NCBI RefSeq assembly: GCF_006345805.1
Contig: NC_043014.1
Span: 49,414,001 to 49,478,000, forward strand
Origin: Octopus sinensis
Taxonomy: Eukaryota
Length of the DNA stretch: 64,000 nt
Direction: 5' to 3'
In this document: piece after piece, positions 24,057 to 37,540 of the stretch
Position numbering within the stretch: position 1 is the first letter of the stretch
Layout of the letters: the number at the start of each line of letters is the position of its first letter
The notes under the pieces: generated by a model
Told to the model about the DNA's origin: nothing
Database searches by the model: none
The model's input: the letters and a program-made list of their open reading frames with translations, nothing else
Made by a program: the position numbers and the translations under genes

Positions 24057-24894
24057 GAACAAACGTTAATGGTGTGTGTGTGTATGTGTGTGTGTGTGTC
24101 TTACGTACATAGGAGAGTTGGGTAGGAGGAGTACATGTTAAAGATGAGTGTCTGTAATTAGCAACCTCCCTTCGCTCTCTCTCTCTCTCTCTCTCTTTCT
24201 TTCTTTTCTTTTGTTCTTTTTCTTTCTTCCTTAAATCTTTCTCTTCTCTCTTCCTTTGCTCTCTCTCTCTCTCTCTCTCTCGCTTCCTTCCTTTGCCCTT
24301 TCTGTCTCTTCTCTTCATTTGCTTCCGCGCTCTCTTCATTTGCCATTTCTCTCTCTCTCTCTCTCTCTTCTTTCTCTCTTTCTTTCTCTCTTTCTCTTTC
24401 TCTCTCTCTCTCTCTCTTTCTTTCTCTCGCTCTCTCTCTCTTTCTTTCTCTCTTTCTCTCTCTCTCTCTCTCTCACACACACATACACACACACATTCAC
24501 AAACATAGGTATGTGTTCTTTCTCTCCTTGGACTCTCATTCATAGACACACACACACACATACATACACACATACACACACACACACACCCACTCTTTTT
24601 CTCACGCGTTCTCTCTCCTTCGTTTCAAAACTCTGCCACAAAACTCCATAACATTTCTTCACCCCCCACCCCACCCCCTACAATTACCAAAGACTTCCTT
24701 CCAAGAGAATGTCTTCAATTCGTAGTATTTAGTGCTTCATTCAAAATATTGGCACCTTATCGCCATGACCACCACAGGACTTGACATTAGAAGCCGAGCA
24801 CCACACACACACAGTGTAGTTTCAATGCATCAAAAAATGCAGTCCATAGAAGGCACATAGAACTGCCCTCGGTTACTCTCTCTCTCTCTCTCTT

Positions 24895-25270
24895 TTTACT
24901 CTTTTATTTGTTTCAGTCATTTGATTGCGGCCATGCTGGAGCACCGCCTTTAGTCGAACAAATGACCCCAGGACTTATTCTTGTAAGCCTAGTTCTTATT
25001 CTATCGGTCTCTTTTGCCGAACCGCTAGTTTACGGGGACGTAAACACACCAGCATCGGTTGTCAGGCGATGTTGGAGGAGGGGCAACACCGACACACAAA
25101 CATATACACACACATACATATATGTATATATACACATATATACGACGGGCTTCTTTCAGTTTCCGTCTACCAAATCGTCTATAGTAGAAGACACTTACCC
25201 AAGGTGCCACGCAGTGGGACTGAACCCGGAACCATGTGGTTCGTAAGCAAGCAACTTACCACGCAGCCAC
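24895..25270 (-). mobile_element. tRNA-derived SINE (further copies ~28400-28560, 29040-29430, 44510-44845, 58180-58628)
   Basis: TGGCTGCGTGGTAAG A-box, GGTTCAGTCC B-box, internal CA/TA tract and AAAGAGT-type tail. Confidence 0.8.
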
Positions 25271-25304
25271 AGACGAACTCCACATTCAGGGTTCATCTGA
25301 CCAT

Positions 25305-25946
25305 ATTAAACGAATATGAAAAACAAAATTTGCGTCAACGAATCGAGGGTGAGGAGAGGACTTTCGGAAAAATTCACACGATTCGATTTTTTTCCTCATA
25401 ACTTTTAAGAAAATGGATATCTTTTAATGAAATTCTATATAAATGCCTTTCAAACTGCATAGATTACGATTATAAAAGAAACCACCCAGAACTTTTCTTC
25501 CATAGTGAAACCATATTCAGCACCATATTTATGGATTTGCTTCTCTCCATATGGATTTGTTTCTCTCCATATGGATTTGTTTCATGATGCATGAGATTTC
25601 TTTTTTAAATCTTTTTCTGTTACTCAAATGAAAAATAAATGAATCTAAAAATACTTTTTCAAACTTTTTTTCCATTACACTCAAGCAAAAAAAAAATCAT
25701 TTATGAATTTCTTTCTCTCCAAAAAGTCCTCTCCCCACCCTTTCGGAAAAAATGTTTCCCACAAATTTCTTTATAATCGTAATCTATGCAGTTTGAAAGG
25801 TATTTATATAAAATTTTATTAAAAGATATCCACTTTTCTAAAAACGATGAGGGAAAAAATCGGATCGTGTGAATTTTCCGAAAGTTTTCTCCCCACCCAG
25901 CTCCCTGTCCATTGGCGCAAATTTTTGTTTTCATATTCGTTTAATA
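25305..25946. repeat. Diverged inverted repeat pair (~25305-25481 / ~25766-25946), probable DNA-transposon termini
   Basis: Arms share TTCAAACTGCATAGATTACGATTATAAA and GAAAATTCACACGAT in opposite orientation. Confidence 0.7.
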
Positions 25947-27650
25947 CACATTTTTTTAACCTATTACACTTGTTTTTTGTAGTTGCCTTTTGGCTTTTTT
26001 TTTTTAGTTGCCGGATGTCAAAGTTGTAATTAGCCGAAACCTTCACCAAAGACGGAACTGTTTGACTTCCGGTTCTTTCAGTTGCATCCACATCACAAGC
26101 TCTTTCACTAGAACCAGCAAAACGAGATAAACGTCTGATCTTTCTGACCACACGGAACCAACAGAGCGACCTTGATGGATTCGGTTAATAACTAGACCCG
26201 TCCTACACGCGATTACAGATGTTTGACAAAGCCCCGCAAATGTTTTGGAGATGATCAAGTGTGCACAGAAAGATTTCGTCCATCATTGCACACCTCAGAC
26301 ATGCTTGACGAGTTTATATCAGCCCAACAAATGCCTTCACTCTGCTAGCACTGCCAAATCAGGGATTTATTGCAGTTATCAAATAGTCTCTGAGCTCTAA
26401 GTCCTCAGAAACAAACCAGCCAGTCGTTTCCCGTTAACACTCAGAGATTCCTCAACAACATCGCTGTAGCTTGTGACATAAGGAAAATGGGAAGGGATAC
26501 ATGTGAAGGATGGACCTTTCAGTTCACAACGGTTCAAATAAGGAACCCTTTAATCTGACCACCAAGCAGATATCACAATACGTTCAGACGATCCTGCCTT
26601 TGAAAACAAGAGTGAAACTCGTTGCTACAAAGAAAGACACGAAGTATTTCGAACTTATCAAGAGGCTTTCGACTGATCCAAATAGATCAGAGTCCTAGGA
26701 ATGTCAGGTTTGTTACCCACCCTCTCAGTGATGCATCACATGAAGTAGCAGTGGACACATTTATCGTGAACCTCACCGGTTTGCACTTTCTTAACCACAC
26801 TGTTAACCTTTCGACGAGCATCTTGTTCGAAACCTTTAATTGTGAATCCAGCAAAATTACGATTTAAAAATTATCGATAACGTTTTCATTTCAAGCATCC
26901 TTCATCGACAGCATTGCCATTCCTTGCATATAGGAGAAATTCTTCAGTTTTGCTGCCTGTAGCAGTTATCGTCTGCCAAGACGTCGTCAACAGGTCTGGT
27001 GAGAATACGTGAAGACTGTACGATAAACCATTTGAAAAAGGTAGTTTAATCCTCGACCAACCAATTATTACCAAACTGTTGTCTTTAGCTTTTGGGATCG
27101 GGTTTTCGCATCACTCTGCGCCCTCCGCCGTGAGCAGTGCCAGGCCATCGAAGGCAGCAATTAAGCCCAATACTGTCTCCTTCTTGCTTCCACCTAAAAC
27201 AATTTAAACAAAAGCACCGCTGTAAAAACTGTGAAGGCCTACTTATCACTGAGTAGCACAAGTTCGTCACAGTACGTAAGATAATGAAAGGAAAGAAAGA
27301 AAGAAAGGAAGGAAGGAAGGAAGAAGGAAAGAAGGAAAGAAGGAAAGAAAGAAAGAATGGAAGAAAGGAAGAAATAGAATAGGTCAACGCATGAATAAAA
27401 ACGTGAATGAGTGAAATTTTGAAAATCGTGTAGATACGAAATAAAACTAATTTAAAAGATAACCTCTCCCTGTCTCCCTGTCTCCCTGTCTCTCTCTCTC
27501 TCTCTCTCACACACACACGCTCTCATCTATGCGTGTTCTTCACACATATTCATATGTATGTATGTATGTATACATATATATAAGTTCAGCAAAATTTAGA
27601 TTCAGATGAATATGGTACTTAAGTTAAAGAGGCACCAAAATTTGGTATGG

Positions 27651-27705
<55 letters not shown>

Positions 27706-27785
27706 CAGTTGCAACGTAGAAGGTGTTTATAAGCCATTTAAGAACACACAAAAACTGTTAGATTCACTTCAACATTTAAATTTAA

Positions 27786-27837
27786 TTTGACAAAATATTT
27801 TCTTCGCTTTGAGACCGCGACCTGTTCACTGACAAAA
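27786..27837 (-). ncRNA. Type I hammerhead-like motif with G3-C8 swapped core
   Basis: UUUUGUCA-GUGAACA-G-GUCGC/GGUCUCAAA/GCGAA-GAAA-AUAU-UU-UGUCAAA, in a ~160-bp element within TA repeats. Confidence 0.55.
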
Positions 27838-27858
27838 TTCCGTGCTGCATCTGACAGC

Positions 27859-28004
<146 letters not shown>

Positions 28005-28048
28005 GTAGTATGTATGTATGTATGTAGTATGTATGTATGTATGTATGT

Positions 28049-28084
<36 letters not shown>

Positions 28085-28590
28085 GATAGATAGATAGATA
28101 GATGTCATTGAGCAAGGTGCTGAAGTCTCTAAATCTCCTCCTTTACAGGAATAAGTAGACAAAATTCTTGGAAGTAAACCTGGGGAATTGTTTATTGAAG
28201 AACTAAGGTGTTTTAAGAAATGGTGAGATGGAAGATTCTGGTAAATTGGTCGAGATCTTTTTTGATAAGGATTGGCTGCAATTTGCAAGATGGGAGTTAA
28301 GGAGTTAAGTACGATATACCCGGAGGTATTCTTTGTGGTTTTGATGACGATCATGTAGAGGAAATTCGACTCGTGGCGAGCTCGAATTACTCAGCGTTCA
28401 GGTGTAGGTGCGGCTGTGGTGTAAAGTCTGCTGCGTAACCACATAGTTCCGGATTCAGTTCCATTAGATGATGGCACCTGAGGTAAATATCTTTTACTAA
28501 AATCCGAGCCGATCAAAGTTTTGAGGGTGCATTTGATAGACGGAAACTGAAAGAAGCCCCCCCCCACACGCCCCCCCACCCACACACACA

Positions 28591-28740
28591 CAGGAATATT
28601 GATGCAATATATGGGGATCGGACAATAAGCGTAAGCCAGTGTCAATGGTGGTTCCAGAAATTTCGAGCCGGAAACTACAGCCTAGAAGACGAGCCTCATC
28701 CTGGAAGATTTGTAGAGCTCGGCGAGGACGTCCTGCAAAC
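28591..28740 (+). mobile_element. Mariner transposase N-terminal (HTH) fragment
   Basis: RNIDAIYGDRTISVSQCQWWFQKFRAGNYSLEDEPHPGR. Confidence 0.8.
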
Positions 28741-28781
28741 CCTATATATATATATACATATATACATATATATACATATAA

Positions 28782-29010
28782 GCGGCGAGCTGGCAGAATC
28801 TTTAGCACGCCGGGCGAAATGCGTAGCCGTATTTCGTCTGCCGTCACGTTCTGAGTGCAAATTCCGCCGATGTCTACTTTGCCTTTCATCCTTTCGGGGT
28901 CGATAAATTAAGTACCAGTTACGCACTGGGGTCGATGTGATCGACTTAATCCGTTTGTATGTCCTTGTTTGTCCCCTCTATGTTTAGCCCCTTGTGGGTA
29001 ATAAAGAAAC
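28782..29010 (+). mobile_element. Meta-domain tRNA-SINE (further copies 3108-3318, 41881-42115 with 15-bp TSD, 51517-51734 with 14-bp TSD, ~54660-54820)
   Basis: GCGGCGAGCTGGCAGAA head, GTTC(TG)AG..CAAATTCC B-box region, conserved core. TSDs TGGTTCTTGTATACC and CATATCCATGTTCT at the two cited copies. Confidence 0.85.
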
Positions 29011-29609
29011 ACACACACACACACATATATATATATACATACGACAAGCTTCTTTCGAGTTTCCGTCTACCAAATCCACTCACAAGGCGTTGGTTGGCTT
29101 GAGGCTAAAGTAGAGGACACTTGCCAAACGTAATACGCAGTGGGACTGAACCCGGAACCATGTGGTTGGGGAGCAAGCTTCTTACCACACAGCCACGCCT
29201 GCGTTAATTCATGTGTGTGTGTGTATTTCTGTCTTACACACGCACACAGCTTGACAACCGGTGCTGGTTTATTTACGTTGACTACCTTAGCGGTTGGGCA
29301 TAAGTGACCGATAAAATATGTACTAGGCTTTTTTAAAAAATGTACTGGGGTGGGGGTTGATTCGTTCAACTAAAACCCTCGCAGGCGGTGCTCCGGCATG
29401 GTCGCAGTCCAATGAATGGAACAAGTAAAAGATAAAGAAAAAGAAAACGATGAAATAAAAGGTTGCGGCAGTGTAGAATAAGAGCCATCAAGTCTCTTAT
29501 AATTAGGGAGGAATTTCTCCAAGACATTTTTGGTCGTGGTTTGGTTTGTTTGCTTTAAATGTGGCAATGCAACAGAAAACGAAACATTTGAGATGTAGTT
29601 AGGGAAGTC

Positions 29610-30027
29610 GGATCTTTTCGGTTTGACCGGCAGTTTTTTTCTAGCGGTGTCATATGAAATTGTCACCCATAATTATGACCCTAGTATCGATCTATTGCAT
29701 TTCAATCTATTTTAGTGTTAGGGTTAGGGGTGGGGGAAAGGGTATCTTTTTTTCTTCAGAAATGGAAATAAACCCAATCTGTTTCTTAAACGAGGGACAT
29801 ATTCATACGGCACAGAATGTTTTCACCTCAATAGACGGTCATTGATTGGTTGAAATTGCAGAAATTGAAGAAAAAAAACAACAAATATCATACACACTAT
29901 AGAATTTTCTCAATAAAGCCAAGAGAAAAAGATGTTTTATAAACTCATTCTACCAGTGTACGAAGTTTAAAATTTTTTAGTTACCTAGAAATCATGTTAA
30001 AAACTGCCGTTCAAACCGAAAAGATCC
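29610..30027. mobile_element. 418-bp MITE, TIR GGATCTTTTCGGTTTGA, 8-bp TSD GGGAAGTC (Merlin- or hAT-type)
   Basis: ~28-bp TIRs; TSD at 29602-29609 and 30028-30035. Confidence 0.9.
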
Positions 30028-30213
30028 GGGAAGTCTTGGGGAAGGATGTCGAAGAATATGTCTAAGAAGATGATTTCCAGTTAAAGATATAGTGCTTTGA
30101 AATCGCAAAGGAAGTGGTATAGAGAGTTATATGTGGTGGCGTTAATTCGTTTCCCAGAGTTCTTTAACAAAATATGAATCGGCTAAATAGCCGCAAACAC
30201 ACACACACACAGA

Positions 30214-30631
30214 GGATCTTTTCGGTTTGACCGGCAGTTTTTAAAAATAATTTCCACGTAACTAAACACTTTTAAACTTCGTATACTGGTAGAATGTGTT
30301 TATAAAACATCCTTTTCTCTTGGCTTTATTGAGAAAATTCTATGGTTTCTAAGATATTTGTTGTTGTTTTTTCATCAATTTCTGCAATTTCAACCAATTA
30401 CTGACGTCTATTGAGGTAAAAAACATTCTGTGCCGTATGAATATGTCCCTCATTTAAGAAACAGATTGGTTTTTTTTTTTACATTTGTGAAGAAAAAAAA
30501 AAGATACCCTTCCGCCACCCCTAACCCTAAATCAGATTGAAATGCAATAGATCGATACTAGGGTCATAATTATGAGTGACAATTTCATATGACACCGCTA
30601 GAAAAAACTGCCGTTCAAACCGAAAAGATCC
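30214..30631. mobile_element. Second copy of the same MITE in opposite orientation
   Basis: Same TIRs; internal sequence is the reverse complement of 29610-30027; no clear TSD. Confidence 0.9.
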
Positions 30632-30739
30632 CCCCCCACACATACAGGCAGGTATAGTTAAGGACTAAAACTCAAATATAATGTAACGATAGAGATGAAC
30701 GAATAATTTATTCCTGGTAATTTCTTCCTAAATATTTTC

Positions 30740-31366
30740 TCATTTGTAAAGATCGGAATCGACTCTAAATTGATCAAAAAGCTTCATGGTTCTCAAAATT
30801 CTGCAAATATAAACCTCCGGTACAGTGTATATGTTTAAATATCTCAGAAAATGATATTCCTTAAAGGTAATCGCTGGACAGAACTTCTGTTCGAACGTGC
30901 TACATAAACTTGCAAAAAGTGTAAATACAAAATAAGCCAAGGAAAGTTTAGCTAGGAGGTCGATAAATCCTGCGATTTCGTAGTGGTTTATAATAACACT
31001 AATCTGAATGCAGAACAAATACAAGGAAGTTAAAATCAAATTTCTTAAAGTTTTTTCTTCAATCCCCAACGGTCTTAAGAAATACATTGTTATCTTTTCA
31101 TGAGCAATGCAATCCCACGTTTCCTTTTCAACAAAAACGCAGCGCCCTTCGAAAATGAACGACATTAACATTTTAAACATGGCCGGTTTGCATTTATCGC
31201 GGAGAATTAATTCACTGAAACAAGTTATCCAAATGATTATAGTGATGGAAACTGTTGCTGCATGAAGTATAGTGATGTACTTTTTCTGGCTCGGGAAAAC
31301 ACCTGACAGATATTGTATGAAAGCCGTAATCAGATAATAAGATATAAACGTAATAAAAAAGTCCAT
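30740..31366 (-). CDS. Orphan single-exon multi-pass membrane protein (208 aa, about 4 hydrophobic segments)
   Basis: Non-repetitive, high-complexity ORF with no TE motifs. AATAAA at 30712-30707 just past the stop; promoter motif cluster upstream. Confidence 0.6.
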   Translation of the reverse strand: MDFFITFISYYLITAFIQYLSGVFPSQKKYITILHAATVSITIIIWITCFSELILRDKCKPAMFKMLMSFIFEGRCVFVEKETWDCIAHEKITMYFLRPLGIEEKTLRNLILTSLYLFCIQISVIINHYEIAGFIDLLAKLSLAYFVFTLFASLCSTFEQKFCPAITFKEYHFLRYLNIYTVPEVYICRILRTMKLFDQFRVDSDLYK

Positions 31367-31579
31367 CTTGAGAATTTGAAAAGAGAAAACAAACTACAGT
31401 TCAAAAGAATACGAATTCCAAGTGGTCTTTTTGGTATTCTCGTCCGATTCGTACAAATTCAAAACAGGTTTTCAAATACATTGTATTTTAGCGATAAGAA
31501 TTAATCATAATTTTGTATTTACCCAGGCAAAATCATGTTTTACGTAAAAACCGTTCAACTTTGAATGCCAACGTGATTC

Positions 31580-31640
31580 TTCAACTTCCGCTCTTTCGAT
31601 GACGTCACAATATCAGTTTAGGGAACCGCGCCACGTGGTC
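31580..31640 (-). promoter_or_regulatory. Putative promoter of the orphan membrane-protein gene
   Basis: ETS CGGAAGT 31590-31584, perfect CRE TGACGTCA 31600-31607 and E-box CCACGTGG 31631-31638 within 60 bp; CpG-rich. Confidence 0.55.
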
Positions 31641-31876
31641 CACACGACATAACAACTAAATCTCTCTCAAATCTTAACCTCCAGTTTTAAATAAGGGAAA
31701 AGTACATTCGGTAATGAATGAAACTCTAACAAAAAATAGTAATAAAAGCTAAATAAAAAGACGACTGTCGCCATATGTGCGTGCCTGCGCGCGCACATAT
31801 GTATGAATGTATGCGTGTCCGAAACATAGGATATTCCACTCTTCATGGATTCTTCACTGGGTTTTGCCTGTCGTTA

Positions 31877-32490
31877 TATATACGAGGGTGAGGTGTGTGG
31901 CTTAGTGGTTAGGGCATTCGGCTCACGATTGTAAGATCATGAGTTCGATTCCCGGCGACGCGTTGTGCCCTTGAGCAAGGTACTTTATTTCACGGTGCTC
32001 CAGTCCACTCAGCTGGCAAAAATGAGTTGTGCCTGTATATTCAAAGAGCCAGTCTTGTCACACTTTGTGTCACACTGAATCTCCCTGAGAACTACGTTAG
32101 GGGTACACGTGTCTGTGGATTGCTCAGTCACTTGCACGTTAAATTCACGAGCAGGCTGTTCCGTTGATCGTATCAGCTGGGACCCTCGTCGTCGTAACCG
32201 ACGGAGTGCTCCTCTATATACGAGGGTGAGCAAAAAGTGATGCCATTTTGTTTAGGACAGGTATAATTACCAACACAGGAAGACGTATCATACATCAAAA
32301 TGAAGCTGGTCCTCTGTGGATCACATCCCTAATTCTTAACATAGTCACCGTTTCTCTCAATAGCAATGTTCCACCTTCGAATGAGAGCATGTATCCCTGC
32401 CCCATACAATTCTGTTGACTGTTCTTTGAGCCACTTCTGCACTACAGTTTTCACTTCCTCGTCACTGGAATAATTTAGGGCCTTCAGACT
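31877..32490 (-). mobile_element. Mariner 3' end (TIR TACGAGGGTGAG) interrupted by a SINE (31893-32214) with 16-bp TSD
   Basis: SDEEVKTVVQKWLKEQ..GIHALIRRWNIAIERNGDYV transposase C-terminus; TSD TATATACGAGGGTGAG at 31877-31892 and 32215-32230. Confidence 0.85.
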
Positions 32491-32949
32491 ATCATCTCTT
32501 CGGCCTAATGAAAGGGGGTTTGAGAGGTAATCATTATTGAGAGGTAAACACTCCGCCCGGTCCGGGGATCGAACCAACGACTCGACAAATGCGAACCTAA
32601 TACTCAAACAACAACACCACGTACCTTCGTATGCATATTCGTTTCGGTTCTTAGCCCTTCTGAGCTCAAATTCCGCTTCGATACCCCTAAAGCATCCTGA
32701 CCAGTGTGTCTAGTGTGACGTACAAGGAAAGATAGATACTCCTCAATCCGTGAAGTACAGCGACGGGTGTAGGAGGGGGAATATAAATGTTCGCAGGGGT
32801 GGAGAGTGAGGTCAGGTGTAACAATATGTGTGCAGGTGTAACTCTGTGTGTGTGTTGTGTGTGTGTGTGCGCGTGTATGTGTATGCGTGTTCGTAGCACT
32901 TTTCTTTCTTGTTGGTTACGTACGTTTCACCTCATTCACCAGTGACATC

Positions 32950-33430
32950 ACCAAATTGTGAAACCGGTAGCGATGTCTTCCAGTATTTAAGGACCATGCC
33001 GCTCCTGTTTAACGCGTCCTTGTCCACTTCTTGAGTTCTCCATCCAGGCATTGACTATGGTGTTGCTGTTGAGCGAAGCAATCTTTGTCCCAGAGCTCGC
33101 AAGTTGGGAGAAGTCCGAAACGTGGTCCTTTGCTATTCGTAAGACCCGCAGAAGAGAAAGCAGGTCAACCCCGACAGCGAGAGCATCGACGGATGGATGA
33201 ATGCGCATCCAGGCTCAGCGGTTGCGTAGGAAGTCGGGGACAAGAAACAGGAAGAAAGAGTGAGAGAAAGTTGGGGCGAAAGAGTACAACAGGGGTCGCC
33301 ACCACCCCCTGCCGGAGCCTCGTGGAGCTTTAGGTGTTTTCGCTCAATAAATACGCGGTCTGGGAATCGAAACCGCGATCCTCCGACCGCGAGTCCGCTG
33401 TCCTAACCACTGGGCCATTGCGCCTCCACT
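32950..33430 (-). mobile_element. tRNA-derived SINE with LINE-like tail (second copy ~43792-44070, +)
   Basis: TGGCCCAGTGGTTAG A-box and GGTTTCGATTCC B-box. Confidence 0.8.
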
Positions 33431-34499
33431 GGTGTTGCTGTCCAAGGAGAATCCTACAGGAGAGGCACGAATCAGACATGCGAACAACGCATATATACAG
33501 TTGATGGCCGTGTGCATAATTCTGTTTCGCCAGGTAATTGAAAGAACTACTGATGATTTTCTTAAATCTAGGTTGAGGGTTAAGGGTCAGTGGTGTTTTG
33601 ACATTCAAAGGAGTTGCTATTCCTACTTGAAAGTTAGTAGTGAGTCTCGCTTTTTCCCAGCAGCAATAATCCACGGATCAGACCTCTTAATCGAAAGCCA
33701 CCGGGGAACTTTTTCTGAAACTTCACTTGAAGACTAAACAACCTTCTTCTATGGCCTGTAACCTCCTGCAAATCCCTGCAACCCCCTGTAAACCCTAATT
33801 AGTTGAGGTATTACAGGAGTGGCCAAGAAATCTTAATAAAAATATTAGCCAAATGGATGTCCATTAACAAACACTTAAAATACTCTTCTAAATTAACACC
33901 TGTATGAATGAATTAATATACACCTGTATAAATTAATTCGCACCTGAATGAGTCATTTATTATTTGAGCCAACAAGAGAAGCCTTCATATGTTCGCATGA
34001 TCTTATATGATTTAAGAAACAGTAGCCAAATCTCCCTCCAATCCCGTACTTCGTTCGTGTTTGTTCTTCCGTTGGAAGGTAGTGTAGGTGATGACGGTGC
34101 TGGTGGTAGTGGTGGTGGTGGTGATTGTGGTGATAGAGGTAACTTTAGGGCTATACAACTGGTTCTCCGGAGTAGGGTGGGGGGACGTGTTCAGACGTTT
34201 CCGTTTGCCTCTTTCATGGCAAATCAGTTTATTCCACTTTCGAAGTAAAAATAGGATAGAAAACCTAGGACAAAATCTAGAACTAGATCTCACAACCGAA
34301 AACAAATAACAAAGTATGTTTTATTTATCATTGTTGTAGTGATTGTTATTATTATTATTACTATTATTGTTGTTATTATTATTTTTGTTGTTGTTGTTAT
34401 TCGTTTTACCTCGAGTAAGGAGATATTACAAATAAATAAAGTTGGAGTGGAGGGGTTGGTCGCGTGGGTAGGCAGATAACAGGGACTATGTGGGTGTCT

Positions 34500-34578
34500 T
34501 GGAGAAGGAGGAGAAGAGGAAGAAGAAGAAAAAGAAGAAGAAGAGGAAGAAGAAGAAGGGGAAGAAGAAGAAGGGGAA

Positions 34579-34611
<33 letters not shown>

Positions 34612-35144
34612 TGAGAAGAAGAAGAAATGGAAGAAGAAAAAGAAGAAGAAAAAGAAGAAGAAGAAAAAGAGAAGAAGAAGAAGAGAAGAGAAAAGAAGAA
34701 GAAGAAGAAGAAGAAGAAGAAAAGAAATAGAAGAAGAAGAAGAAGAAGAAGAAGAAATAGAAGAAGAAGAAGAAAAAAGAGAAGAAGAAAGAAAGAAGAA
34801 ATAGAAGAAGAAGAAGAAAAAGAGAAGAAAAAAAGAAGAAAAGAATAAAAAAAAGAAAGAAGAAGAAGAAGAAGAAGAAGAACGACAACAAAAGCAACAA
34901 CACCTACCAGCCCCATCCCCACCTCCCACCGCCTGACTCCAAACCCCCTACCTCCACCAAATATACGGAAATCGGTGGAGCGGTGTCGGTAGGTTTTGGT
35001 GTTTTCTTAAGATTAGGTAAAATAGGAAGTCGTAATTTTTGGTTTGGGTTTATTAGCGATGTGTTAAGATGGGAGATAAGATGAGGAAGGATACCGGATT
35101 GAGAAGAGGATGACGACGATGATGATGATGCTGACGACGACGAC

Positions 35145-35179
<35 letters not shown>

Positions 35180-35276
35180 CGACGACGACGACGACGATGA
35201 TGATGATGATGTTGATGATGATAATGATGATGATGATATTGGTGTGGTGGTGGTGGTGGTGGTGGTGGTGGTGATG

Positions 35277-35308
<32 letters not shown>

Positions 35309-35406
35309 GGTGATGATGATGGTGATGATGATGATTATGATGATGATATTGGTGGTGGTGGTGGTGGTGATGATGACGATGATGAAGATAATGATGGTGG
35401 TGGTGG

Positions 35407-35437
<31 letters not shown>

Positions 35438-35468
35438 ATTAGTGGTGGTGGTGGTGGTGGTGATGATG

Positions 35469-35500
<32 letters not shown>

Positions 35501-36456
35501 GGTGATGATGATGATGATGATATTGGTGGTGGTGGTGGTGGTGGTGATGATGATGATGATGATGACGACGATGATGATGATGAAGATGATGATGAAGATG
35601 ATGATGATGGTGATGATCAGGAGGATGCGTGTGTGTATGTGTGTGTGTGGTGTGTGTGTGTGTGTGTGTGTGGCGTGGGTGGGAGCGTTGGTGGGAGGGA
35701 GGGGCGGATGGTGGCGTAATCTGACCGATATTTTCTCAGATTAAGACGAGATTTTGTTGTTGTTAAAGATTAAATAACGCCCCCACCGCCGACACAAACT
35801 GCCATCACCATCACCATCATCACCATCATCATCACCATCACTACCATCACCAAAATTATTCTGAGGATAGAATAATATATCTGGGACTGGCACCTTTATA
35901 TTTAGATTAAAACAACAACAACACAACAACAACAACAAGAGCAAAAGGTAACAATAACAAGTGATCCAGTTAGGGAGTCACTTTGAAGTAGAATGGTCTG
36001 ATCTCACACACTCACACACACACACACACACACGTACATACATACATGCATGTATACATACATGCATGTATACATACATACATACGTACATACATGCATA
36101 CATACATACATACATACATACATACATACATACATACATACATACATACATACATACATACATACATACATACATGCATTCATACATACATACATACATA
36201 CACTCACACATACATACATACATACATACATACATGCATTCATACATACATACATACATACATCATATACTACATACATACATGCATTCATACATACATA
36301 CATACATACATACATACATACATACATACATACATACATACATACATACATGCATACATGCATACATACATACATACATACACACACACACATACATACA
36401 TACATACATACATACATGCATACATACATTCATACATACATACATGCATACATACA

Positions 36457-36488
<32 letters not shown>

Positions 36489-36882
36489 CATACATACATG
36501 CATACATACATACATGCATGCATACATACATACATATATGCATACATACATACATACATACATGCATGCATGCATACATACATACATACATACATACATA
36601 CATACATTCATACATACATACATACATACATACATACATACATACATACATACATTCATACATACATACATGCATACATACATACATACATACATACATA
36701 CATACATACATACATACATACATACATACATACATTCATACATACATACATACATACATGCACACATTCATACATACATACATACATGCATACATACATA
36801 CATACATACATACATACATACATACATGCATACATTCATACATACATACATGCATACATACATACATACATATATACATACA

Positions 36883-36914
<32 letters not shown>

Positions 36915-37107
36915 CATACATACATGCATACATACATACATTCATACATACATATATACATACATACATACATACATACATACATACATGCATGCATGCA
37001 TACATACATACATACATACATACATACATACTACATACATACATACATACATACATACATGCATACATACATACATACATACATACATTCATACATACAT
37101 ACATACA

Positions 37108-37139
<32 letters not shown>

Positions 37140-37274
37140 CATACATACATGCATACATACATACATACATTCATACATACATACATACATGCATGCACAC
37201 ATTCATACATACATACATACATACATACATACTTATATACTTACATACACATACATACATACATACTTATATAC

Positions 37275-37305
<31 letters not shown>

Positions 37306-37314
37306 CTTATATAC

Positions 37315-37345
<31 letters not shown>

Positions 37346-37540
37346 CTTATATACTTACATACATACATGCATGTACACACATATCAAGAGAAAGAGAGAC
37401 AGAGAAACAGAGATAGAGACAGAAAGAAAGAAAGAAAGAAGAAAAAGAAGAAAGAAAGAAAGAAAGAATAAGAGAAAGAAAGAAAGAAAGAAAGGAAGAA
37501 AGAAAGAAAGAAAGAACGAAAGAAAAAAGAAAGGGAGAAG
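34500..37540. repeat. Compound microsatellite block: (GAA)n, (GAT/GGT)n, (CATA)n, (GAAA)n
   Basis: Read directly; source of the spurious low-complexity ORFs. Confidence 0.97.

Noticed and set aside
26000-27250. Possible decayed transposase next to the 25.3-25.9 kb inverted repeats (also ~56160-56600)
   Set aside because: Looks coding-like but has many stops and no catalytic motif I can confidently assign; needs TBLASTN/HMM search.
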